From: Heterodontus francisci | Lineage: Eukaryota | Assembly (NCBI RefSeq): GCF_036365525.1 | Contig: NC_090396.1 | Coordinates: forward strand, 40,784,689 to 40,848,688 | Direction: 5' to 3' | Length of the DNA: 64,000 bases | Part shown: positions 51,850 through 62,514 of the stretch, piece by piece | How positions within the stretch are numbered: the first letter of the stretch is position 1 | Layout: each line of letters starts with the position of its first letter | Translations under genes and position numbers: made by a program | The notes under the pieces: generated by a model | The model's database searches: none | Told to the model about the DNA's origin: nothing | Seen by the model: the letters and a program-made list of their open reading frames with translations, nothing else

Positions 51850-52329
51850 ATGGGCTCATACCATATAATAAGTCTACTCTACGCTGTCTTATACACAAGT
51901 ACATCTTCTGCTGAAAGTAAGTACTGAAGTGCTTCCCAATTTACAGCTCATTCAACCCCAACGGGCAATGCAGTAATACAAGTTAATGAAATTATTGGTT
52001 TTCATGGTTCGTGACTTTAGATTGTGAGCGTTCAGTGACAGGAATATTTAATGAAGACACTAAACTACCATGTACATGCAATTCAACAAATCTGAAAATA
52101 TTTAATCACATTGAACAGAGCAAATATGGAAAAACTTAAACCATGCCTATCTTTAACTCAACGGAAAGTGTCAAAGGAACTCAGGGTTGAATTAAATTAC
52201 TTCATCAAGACTCACAAGATGTATCACTGGTAATCCAGAAAACACAACTGTCAGAAAATGGGACAAATAAATATTATTTGCAAACAATTTCTGGTCACGT
52301 CTGTCAAGACATCACACTGAAGATTAAAG
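51850..52329 (+). pseudogene. Gene 3: pseudogene paralog of genes 2/4 (signal exon 51850-51916, IgV exon ~52006-52329); C, TM and tail exons deleted
   Basis: Clear DNA homology to 36126-36589. V-exon acceptor AG mutated to AT (52004-52005). In-frame TAA (52137) and TGA (52188, CGA>TGA). Downstream sequence jumps from intron 3 to the 3'-UTR homolog at ~52640 (= ~42840). Confidence 0.9.
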
Positions 52330-53432
52330 GTAAGTCAAAGTATACGTTCCCTGCTATTCTTCCTTGTTGAATATTGGTTTCCTTTCATTGGCAACAAATT
52401 CCAGGTTTATTCTCACCCTGAAAAAGCTTGACATGTGAGATAGATAAACAGCAAGTTATAATGAATCAATGATCAGTTCACTACTTTTTGGTGGTGTTGG
52501 TTGGACAACAAATGTTAGCCCAGATACCCAGAGAACACCCTGCTCATCTTTAAATAGTACCACAGATCTTCTCTATCCACCTGACCAGGTAGGTGCAGGT
52601 CTCAACTTTATGTCTCATCTGAAAGCCAACAGTTGTACTTTGAAAATATACTTCCTGTTGGTTGATTACAGAAATATGGTGAAAAGGTTTGTGTGTTGGA
52701 CTGTATTTCTCACTCAGTGAAAAAGGAAGTGCAGTTGTAGGCAACCACACTGAAAAATTGTGCAAATTTATAATTATATTTACACATTAGTAATGACTGT
52801 AAATCACTTTAATGTAAATCAAATTGATCGATTTTGTCTTCCAACATGTTGCTTTACTACTTTGTTCTAAATCACAGTTGAAGCCATTTGAAACAAATAA
52901 ATTACTATTTTATTGTAAAATCTGATTTGCCTGAGGTGTTGGGTTTCATATTTTGTTGAATAACATATGTGAATACATTTTTAAAATCTAATGAATTTTT
53001 TTACTTTATTCTTGCTTTGTATAAATAGACAATGCACAAAGATGTTGTACCTTATGAAGGTTAATAAATAATGTATTTGTTTCAACTGCTTTATTCATTC
53101 TTGCTAAAATTCTGGACTATTTTTCGTGCAATAAATGCGTCTGTCGTCTTCCGTTAAATGCGGTGTAAAAATATCGAGATAAAGCTTATCACAAAGAGCT
53201 TTGCAAAATAACAGAGTCTCTGATTTAAGTTAAAGCTCCACTTAAGTCATGGAATCTGAGGCCAGTTTTAGTCTTAATATAAACAAACTCTGTTGGTCCC
53301 ATAACTGTCTCATAATGAGCTAGAATTCAGTTGTAGTCTACTGAAAGATTACGCTGTTCTCATGGTGTCCTTAAGCCCAAGGAGTGTCGTAAGCAATGAT
53401 CTTTAATTGTGAGATTGCTTAACACACTCCTT

Positions 53433-55624
53433 CGGCTGAATATTACCGCCCCTCGGCGCGGTGGGATACACATGGGTCCCACTCTGCATTCTTAAAGGGT
53501 TCAACTTTATGTATAACGTGGAAATGGGTATGGCTCATCCTACATTGTGTGATCCTCTGCTCATGAGGATCCATATGTGCCAGAGGCAAAATCAACAGGC
53601 AGGTGCGATCCACGCAGAGGCTCCCGGTCATGAGCAGCATCCCCAAGAGGAGCTCGCTATTAGGATGGCCGTGCATCTACAGGCCCCACATGACATGCAA
53701 TCGGATCTCAGAGCACCAGTGTCAGAGGCAATTGCGCATGTTGAGAGGGTGGTGACATGTCTCTGTGCCCTACTCAAGGATGGCCTGCAGCCCATGGGCT
53801 CCAGTGGACATCCCATGCCTTTGTTCCTCATAGTGGCAGCGGTTCTCAAGCCTGGCGCCTCTGCAGCTTTTTAGAGGCCCACCAGAGATGTTTGTGGGGT
53901 CACACAGTCAGCAGTGCGCCGCTGCATCAGGGATGTCACCAATACCCTGCACCGGAGGGCCAGTGAGTATGTCCGCTTCAGGACTGACTTGCACAGCCAG
54001 GGCCAGATGGCCATTGGTTCTGGCACCATTGCCGGAGAACTATAGGTTGTAATGTTCAAAGACTGCACTCATATGGCCTTCAAGTGCAAACCTGCTGCTG
54101 TTCAATATTCAGTGTATTTACACCTAATCTGTACTAATGCTTTGTCTTTCAACACACCATTAACATATTGTTTGCCTTTGCTCCGTGACCTTTTGGTCAG
54201 CTATGTGGCCTGGTCCAATCTGCACCTTCTCCTTTGTTATCTCTTGCCCCACCCCCACCTCACTTGCTTATAATCTGTGACTTTTCTAATATTTGTCAGT
54301 TCCGAAGAAGGGTCACTGACCCGAAACGTTAACTCTGCTTCTCTTTCCACAGATGTTGCCAGACCTGCTGAGTGATTCCAGCATTTCTTGTTTTTATTTT
54401 AGCTATTTTCTTTGCTGCTCTGCACAACTACACACCCAATAGGGGCCAGGCCTGGCATGATGAGGAGAAACATCAACAGGATTCCTCCCCGGGCTATGAG
54501 GACGCTGAGGACCTACAACATGAAAGACACATGGGAGGGCAGATGGCACCCAGGCTCTGCATGCAGGGCTAGCAGTGAGCTAGAGACGAATGGCAGTGAC
54601 TTATCAGACAAAGGCAGTCTGTTCCATAGGAACTGACATGAGCTCTGCAAGCCACACATCACCCTCATTCACCTGCTGTGCACCAGTCCACATCTGCAGC
54701 ATCCCTGTGTAAACCATTAGAGGCAGCAGCTGACTGAGCCAATGCCCAAGTCACTGCATCTGTGGAGATGCTCATGTGTAATGGTAGCAGGGCAATGATG
54801 TTATTGCATACGTTGGCTCCCCTGAGGGCCATCAGTGCAAAGGGATGTGACATTGGCGCTACATGCTGGCACACATCATTCACGCAGAGAAACGGAGACA
54901 CATGTTGGTGAGGAACATTTAGTGAAAGATATATTTACATTGCCGTGACACCCTTGCATTCCCATTTTTGTGAGTGTGTTCTCTGTGAACCTCTGTAATA
55001 CCTTTTATGGTATATTTCAGTCCCACATCCTGCAAAGTGCAAGATTAAGATTATTCACCCAGGTGCGGCCTGCCTACAAGAAGGAATGTTACACTTGAGT
55101 GGGCGAAGAGGATCACAACTTCACAGGACCCTGGGACACAGCAGGGTAAGTATGTGGCAGCAAAGCAGAAAGTGCTGGGGTAACTCAGCAGGACAGGGAG
55201 CTTCGGTAGAAAGAGAAGCAGAGTTAACTTTCAGGTCTGTGAACTTGGACACATTAACTCTGCTTCTCTCACCACAGATGCTGCCTGATCTGCTGGATTT
55301 CTACAGCACTTTCTGCTTTGCTGCCAGATTGACAGCAGCCCCACTCTTCAACAGTCAGGTAAGTATTCTTTGACAGCTGTCAAGTAGCAGGTGCTGAGCT
55401 GCTTTAACTAGGGCCCCAGCACCTGCTGCACAGCTGTCAAAGGGTTACTCGCTGTGCCGAATGTCCCGCCTGTTCCCACGTAATATGGTGGGGGGCGGGG
55501 GGGAAGCTTGGCGCAGTGATGCTAATGAGCCCCTCTGCATAATATCATGGGGGCTCTACGGCGGCCGCTAAGTGCGGGCACCCCACTGAGTTTAAAGGGT
55601 GCCACCATGGATGAAATTCAGCCC
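53433..55624 (+). mobile_element. PIF/Harbinger DNA transposon, internally deleted, with decayed HARBI1-like transposase
   Basis: TIR (c)GGCTGAAT...ATTCAGCCC, TSD CTT; peptides IYRPH..EHQCQRQLRM, SAVRRCIRDVT..L..RA..Y..F, IAG..DCTH and C-terminal ALHN. Confidence 0.88.
54298..54334 (+). ncRNA. Hammerhead-like motif, CCGAAGA core variant (same variant at 50364-50400 minus)
   Basis: agtt-CCGAAGA-agggtcactgaccc-GAAA-CGT-TA-act; perfect stem II and palindromic AACGTT stem III. Confidence 0.5.
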
Positions 55625-55899
55625 CTTGTCTCTGTTACAGGCCAGTCTGGTTTTGGGTATCAGTAAGTTAGGAGCATTTATACAGTTACAGGGTACAATG
55701 AAAAAACAAACCCAACATTTTCAATCATTGATGCTTTTCAGATGTTCCTGAGGAGCAGATTAACTGTTCAGATCTTGTCAAATAAGAACCCTACAATCTT
55801 AGTTCTCGTTCATGCAAATTTGGATCCAGCCTTTGGAAAATGTGTGTTTTGAAGATCTGTTTCTTAGTACAGACACTCGGATGGCTAATTTCATACATA

Positions 55900-56649
55900 G
55901 GGCTGAATTTCATCATCATGACGTGTGGAAGTGCCGTCGCGAACCCCCATGATATTATGCATTTAAATAGAGGAGGTGGAGCTGCTGCCCCGATGACGTA
56001 GATGGGGTAGCTGCCACATACCTGGCAATGGCGTCCAGCACCACCGCGCAGGTGCCAGCACCATTTTTAAAGGGCTTCAAGCCCTCAGCAAAGATTTAAA
56101 TTTTTAAAGATGTATTGGAATTAATTTTTAATTAAATAAATACTTAGGAGATGGAGGCCCTTTCCCAAAACCCCCAATGGTCTTTGCATTGCCCTTTATT
56201 AACAGAAGTTATTTTATTCCCGACCCAAACTTTCCTCCCAAACCTTCTCACTTTTGCCATTCAATTCCTTCCCACCATCCCCACAGTCAATTAAAATTGC
56301 TTTCCTCACTCTCCCACCCTGAAAATTTTACTCCTCCCACCGCCCCACCAGTTTCTCACTCAGAACTCCGTGTGAAGTTCTGAAGACACGGGAGTTGCAT
56401 CTGGTGGCTATAAAATCGGTGTGGGACGGCTGCTGCCAACAGGTAAGTTCATTTGCATCCAATTTTTGTTCATTCAAATATTTAGATGAAGGCCCCGTCG
56501 CTTGGCAGAGGGGGGGAGGGGGCGCACTGAGGTCTCCGGCCACCAGTAAAATGAGGGAGCCCTTCTCGACATCAGGGGGGTCGAGGCGCACCCCCCACCC
56601 CCCCCCCCCCCGCCCCCGATGGCATCGAGGGTCTGGTACAATTCAGCCC
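55900..56649. mobile_element. Harbinger-type MITE
   Basis: TIR GGGCTGAATT...AATTCAGCCC; empty paralogous site at ~43531-43550 (tcatacata|atgtcac). Confidence 0.82.
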
Positions 56650-57509
56650 ATTATGTCACTTGTATGTCATTAATAGCTTTCCTTTTAATATATTGTATCT
56701 TCCCTCTTGAGAAGGCACTGAACCTGTGCTGCATTATTGTTCCTTAGGTGTCAATCCATCTCTGATAACTTGTCAACAGTTCTCTGTTATTCTTATGTCA
56801 GCCTTGACTGTGAATGTGAGCAGGTTATTTAACAATGTTAGTTTTCACAATTAAGCCCGACACTGGTGATTTAACTTGCGGTTATTGTGCCGATAATGGC
56901 CTTAAACTTTGTTTGTAGTTAGCGCCCTGTTACTGTTGATGCTTTGGTTTCCACCATTTTTGCAAAGGTCTAACACTGGGCTGTTAAATTGTCTTCCTGT
57001 TTATGGCAATAGACTTTCTCTAATATATAAATTGGTGTCTGATGACAGGCATAGGACATCAATTGCCATTTTCGGACAGAACTGGTTGAGCATATGTGTG
57101 CATATTTTATTGTCAGTACAGCTGAAGAGGTCTTAAAAGAGATGTTTTGAGCAGAAGTGCTCTTCCAGGGCAGAAAAATATTATCTGGGCTATTGCCACC
57201 CTGGACTTCTCTCTCTTTCTACCCCATCCATGATTGCTATCCCACCCAGGCTCACAATGGTTATTGGCCAGGTCACATGATATTGTACCTGTCCAAATAC
57301 AGAGAGAATTAAATGAAAAGAAAACATTTGTAGGCCTACAGGGAAAGAGTGGGGGAGAGGGACTACGTACGTTGATCTTGCAGAAAGCCAGCATTGACAG
57401 GAAGGGCTGAATGGCCTCCTTCTGTACAGTAACCAATCTATTATTTTAGGTACAGCCTATTCAGCTTGCTTCTATTTAAATGAGGGCCTATGCCTCAAAT
57501 TGACTTCAT

Positions 57510-59325
57510 CCTGTAAAAGCTTCTTTAGGCATGTGAAAAGGAAAAGATTAGCAAGGACGAATGTTGGTCCATTGCAGGCGGAGACAGGAGAGTTTGTGGG
57601 GGAGAATGGGGAAGTGGGGGAGAGACTAAACAACTACTTTGTGTCTGTCTTCAGACACAGAATAACTCCCAGAAATACCAGGGAATCAAGGGACTTGTAA
57701 AAATGAGGAACTGAAAGTAATTAGTATCAACAAAGAGTTAGTATTCGAAAAATTAATTGGATGAAAGTTGATAAATCCCCTGGATCAGATCAGCTGCATC
57801 CCAAAATATTGAAGGAGATAGCTATAGAGAGAATGGATGCATTGGTGGTTATCTTTCAAAATTCGTTAAATCCTGGAAGGGTTCCTGCAGACTAGAAAGT
57901 AGCCAATGTAACCCCACTATTTAAGAATTGAGCGATAGAGAAAACTCAGAACTTCAGACCTGTTAGTTTGATGTCAGTAGTAGGGAATGTGTTAGAATCT
58001 ATTCTAAAGGCTGAGATAACTGGACACTTGGAAAATAATGGTATAATTGGGCAGAGTCAACATGGATTTATGAAAGGGAAATCATGTTTCACAAACCAGT
58101 TGGAGTTTTTTTGTGGATGTTACTTGTAGCATAGAAAAAGGAGAACCAGTGGATGTGCTGTATTTGGATTTTCAAAAGGCGTTTGATAAGGTCCCACACA
58201 GGAGGTTAGTAAACAAAATTAGAGCACATGGGATTGGGGGTAATATGTATTGAGAATTGGTTAACAGACAGAAAGCAGAGAATAGGAATAAATGGGTCAT
58301 TCTCAGGATGACAGGCTGTTCCTAGTGGGGTACTGAGAGGATCAGTGCTGGGGCCACAGCTGTTCACAATCTATATAAATGATTTGAATGTGGGGACCAA
58401 ATGTAATATTTCCAAATTTGCTGATGACACAAAACTAGGTGGGAATGTAAGTTGTGAGGAGGATGCAAGGAGGCTTCAAGGGGACTTGGACAGTCTAAGT
58501 GAATTGGCAAGGACATGGCAGATGGAATATAATGTGAATAAGTGTGAAGTGATCCACTTTGGTAGAAAAAAACAGAAAGACAGAGTATTTCTTAAATGTT
58601 GAGCGGTTGGAAAGTGTTGATATCTAAAGGGACCTGGGTGTCCTTGTTCCTGGGTCACAAAAAGCTAGTACGCAGTTGCAGCAAGTAATAGGAAGGCAAA
58701 TGATATGTTGGCCTTCATTACAAGGGAATTTGAGTACAGGAGTGAAGATGTCTTGCTATAATTGTATAATGCCTTGGTGAGACTGCACCTGAAGTATTGT
58801 GTACAGTTTTGGTCTCCTTAACTAAGGAAGGATACACTTACCATAGATGGAGTGCAACGGATGTTCACCAGACTAATCCCTGGGATGGTGGGACTGTCTT
58901 ATGAGGAGAGACTGCAGAAACTGAAGAGTATCGAAGAATGAGAAATGATCCCATTGAAATTTGCAAAATTCTTACAGCGTGTGACAAAGTAGATGTGGAT
59001 CGGATGTTTCCTCTGGTTGGTGGGTCTAGAACCAGGGGGCACAGTCTCAGAACAAGGGGCAGGCCATTTAAAGACTGAGATGAGGAGGAGTTTCTTTACT
59101 CAGAGGGTGGTGAATCTGTGGAATTCTCTACCCCAGAGGGCTGTGGAAGCTCAATCATTGAGCATGTTCAAGACTGAAATCGATAGATTTCAGGATACTA
59201 ATGACATCAAACGATATGGGGATAGTGGGGAAAAATAGCATAGAGAAAGATGATCAGCCATGATCTGTTTGAATGGCAGAGCAGACTCGACGGGTTGAAT
59301 GGCCTACTCCTGCCCCTATTTCCTA
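57510..59325 (+). mobile_element. CR1-clade (HER1-like) LINE, 5'-truncated and decayed
   Basis: LGPQLFTIYIND, KFADDTKLGG, KCEVIHFG, FFTQRVVNLWNSLP motifs; CR1-type 3' tail. Confidence 0.92.
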
Positions 59326-59748
59326 TTTGCAATTTTGGGCCTGATATAGGATTCCCTGGAGTATAAAACGTAGTAATGTTAATTTTTCTCTTCACATAAA
59401 AATATTTGTTGAGAGAGCACAAGATAAGGTTCAGGAGGGAAGTTACAATTATAGATTGTTTTTTTTTAATATTGAAAGACTTCATTCCACGGGATGTCTT
59501 GGCTGATGGGGCATGCACTCCATCCAGTGTTTTTCAGTAAAACTTCCTTCAATGTTCGAAAATATCTCACCTCCCTCCCCCCCCCCCCCCCCCCACCCCC
59601 TCACTGGAATTAAAACTAAATATCAAATTTAACTCACAAAATTATATTAGTTAAATATTTTTAGAAATAAATTCTTTCCATTGCACCTCATCACATCCTT
59701 CTGGGTGTTTCAAGGTGCATCTTTGAGCAGTGCTGGGGAGGAAAGTTT

Positions 59749-59785
59749 AGTTCTGATGAAGGTTCACTGACCTGAAACATTAACT
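59749..59785 (+). ncRNA. Minimal type I hammerhead ribozyme motif (Penelope-associated)
   Basis: agtt-CTGATGA-aggt.tcactg.acct-GAAA-c.at-TA-act: intact core boxes, stem II hairpin, stem I arms. Confidence 0.65.
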
Positions 59786-59972
59786 CTGCTTCTCTCTCCA
59801 AAGATGCTGCCAGACCTGCTGAATATTTCCAGCATTTCTTGTTTTATTTCAGATTTCCAGCATCCATAGTATTTTGCTTTTATATTAGGAAAGTTCAGTG
59901 ACGGCTCAAACTCATTTCTTTTTTTTTGGTTGAAACTTTTATTTGCCAACTTGCCTGCTGGCCATTCACATT

Positions 59973-59984
59973 GAAACAGAAAGT
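59973..59984 (+). promoter_or_regulatory. Gene 4 proximal ISRE GAAACAGAAAGT; intronic GAS TTCCCAGAA at 60456 (paralog 48795)
   Basis: Identical to the gene 2 ISRE at the homologous position. Confidence 0.6.
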
Positions 59985-62033
59985 TTAAAGGAAATCAAAG
60001 TGGGAGAGGCAGCTGTTTGTATTTTCACCAGCACAGATGTGTAGAGAGTTAGTGGAGGAGCTACAGATAACCTTCTCTAACTGTTTGTACTGACACAAGC
60101 TGATAGAGGCTGGTAACTTTCCCAGGTTGGATAGTGGAGCGAGCCAACAGTCCCACTCGCTCCCCACAGATCCCACCACTTGCTTCCGGGTTCAACTGTG
60201 CGGTTGTTTTGTGTCGAGATCTCCTGAATCAGTTGCAACAATTGTCAAGCTCTCGGATTTTGTTTGGTGACTTTTCCAGGGTCAATTTGACCCCCTGTTT
60301 CGTGTTGGGCAGATGGGGATAAAGGTACAATCTGATACTCGTGTAGAATGTGTGTGTATACTTGAGGAGATTAGGTAAAAGGATGGGGAAGTATTAGTTT
60401 AACAGAAATAAATGCAGAAAACGGCTTGAAAATAATAAGTTCAATAGCCTCAGTATTCCCAGAAAAGCATCCAAGGATCTCATTGCTGGTCTCGATCAAA
60501 TAACTGGCGCGGGAAAGTGGAATACTAAAAAAGCAATTTTTTTTAAAAATCCCTTAAATGCAGTTCTGTGACTCCATTAGAGAGCAGCAGTTACATCAAG
60601 ATCTGTATTACTGTTCACAGCAGGAACAGATTCATCCCCCAGTTACCGATTACGTTGGTGCAATGTGGTTCGTGCTCTCTTCACTGTAATAAATCTCTGG
60701 AACTGGCTTCGCCTTGCAGGGTGGGATCATTTCTTACAGACTTAGTCGGAATAATGGAGCCCTCCATCATTAGCACCGTGCATCACCCGGATTATAGATG
60801 TCCCAGTTGTAAAATTCTAAACTCAGGCAGCTGGTGGAACTACTTGGAAACATTCAAAGTTTGTTGTTGAAAACAGAGATAAACTAGAAAAGCATTAGGA
60901 TATTTAAACCTGACTTTTCCGATTGCTCATTGTGTTTATCCTGTAAATAGCGAAGCTGTAGAGAGACCAGGAAGGTCTGGGATTTCAACTCTGCTGTGGA
61001 GGCTGGAATTGCCCTGTCAGTTCACTTGTGATGCACTCTGTGGTGGAATAACTCGCCAACACTCACTCCTGGAATCAGGGTTTCGACTGATCTTCCACTG
61101 AAGTTAAGATGGAAGATCGGGGAAACTCCATGGAAATTCTTCCCCTTTATATCAGGACTTGCACAACAAGTGCTAGACATGTGGGTGAGGTATCAGAATC
61201 TAACGCATGCCAATAACTAAAGAAGAGGTGGACAGGTGAATTAATGGAAGTGGGACAAGGGAGCAGGCAGTCAACTCTCTTCCTGGGGTGGGTTATCTAT
61301 TTAACTATCTAACCCCTTCCCAAAAACCCGGGCATGATTCCATCCCCACATCCCCAACTGACACCCCAGGATCAGGGATCAGGTCTCCCCCCAAGATCTG
61401 GGAAAGGGAGCCCCCTTGGTGCTAGTAGCAGCTGCAGCCTTGTCTGGAATGTGCCCCTCCCGAACAGAAGCCAAGCCTACCAAACATGTTGAATTTCAGG
61501 CAGGGAGCCTTGCTAATAAAAAGACGCACGCTGTGGATTCAAAACTACACAGCATGTGGGGAAATCCGAAAGCCTTGTCCACCACTGTCTGCAGAACCTG
61601 CTGCTGTCAAGATCAGAGCCACAGACTTATTGCAGTGTCTTATGTGTATACTGTTTTCAGTTTTGGCTTTCTTGCTTTGAGAATTGTAAGAAAACACTGC
61701 AAAATGCACTTGTAAGGTTTACAGAAACACATAAAATAATTGTGATCATTCAAACATTTCTAGCAAATATATCTGATGGAACTTTTAATTCAGTGAAATA
61801 CAGTTCTTTGACATTCCTGACAAAACCTAACTTATGATGCAAAAGAAAGTGAAATTGTCGGGGCCATGATCAGATCAACCATGATCTTATTGAAGCTGGA
61901 ACAGGTTCGAGGGGCCGAATGGCATACTCCTGCACCTATTACTTATGTTCTTAAATCAGGTTTGATTTGATCTCTTAGATTTAATGATTTTTCTGTATTG
62001 TCCCCCAATAAGCAGGTGAACTGAATTCTGGAA

Positions 62034-62100
62034 ATGAGTTCATACCATACAATAAGTCTCCTTTATGTCATCTTCTATGCAAGCACACTCAATGCACTAA
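62034..62100 (+). CDS. Gene 4 signal peptide exon MSSYHTISLLYVIFYASTLNAL
   Basis: Acceptor aagcag| at 62015; donor A|GTAAGT; paralogous to the gene 2 exon. Confidence 0.82.
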
Positions 62101-62190
62101 GTAAGTACTGAAATGCATCTCGATATAAAGCTCATTCAACAGCAATTGTCATTGAAGTAACATGAGCTAATGAAAATTATTGTTTTTCAG

Positions 62191-62514
62191 AGCTTGTGAA
62201 TTTTGATTGTGAGGATTTAGTGACAGGAATATTTAACGAAGATCCGAAACTACCATGTCCATTCAGTTCAAGCAATATGAATACATTTGAGCTCATTGAA
62301 CAGAGTAAATGTGAAAAGGATGGAGAAACATTAATCTTTAATGCAACTGAAAGGGACCAAGAAGCTCAGGGTCGAATTAAATTACTTCATCCACATTCAC
62401 AAGATATATCATTGGTAATCCAGAAAACACAACTGTCAGATGTTGGGGAATATAAATATTACCTGGAAACAACTTCTGGTCACATCAGTCAATACATCAC
62501 ACTGAAGGTTAAAG
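62191..62514 (+). CDS. Gene 4 IgV-like exon (KLVNFDCEDLVTG..LPC..DVGEYKYYLE..ITLKVK); remaining exons, if any, lie beyond the window
   Basis: Acceptor tttttcag|; open frame; weak donor G|GTGGAT; strong similarity to gene 2 V exon. Confidence 0.82.

Noticed and set aside
53461-54070. Domesticated HARBI1 gene
   Set aside because: Stops, a frameshift, a large internal deletion and intact TIR/TSD show it is a decayed transposon.
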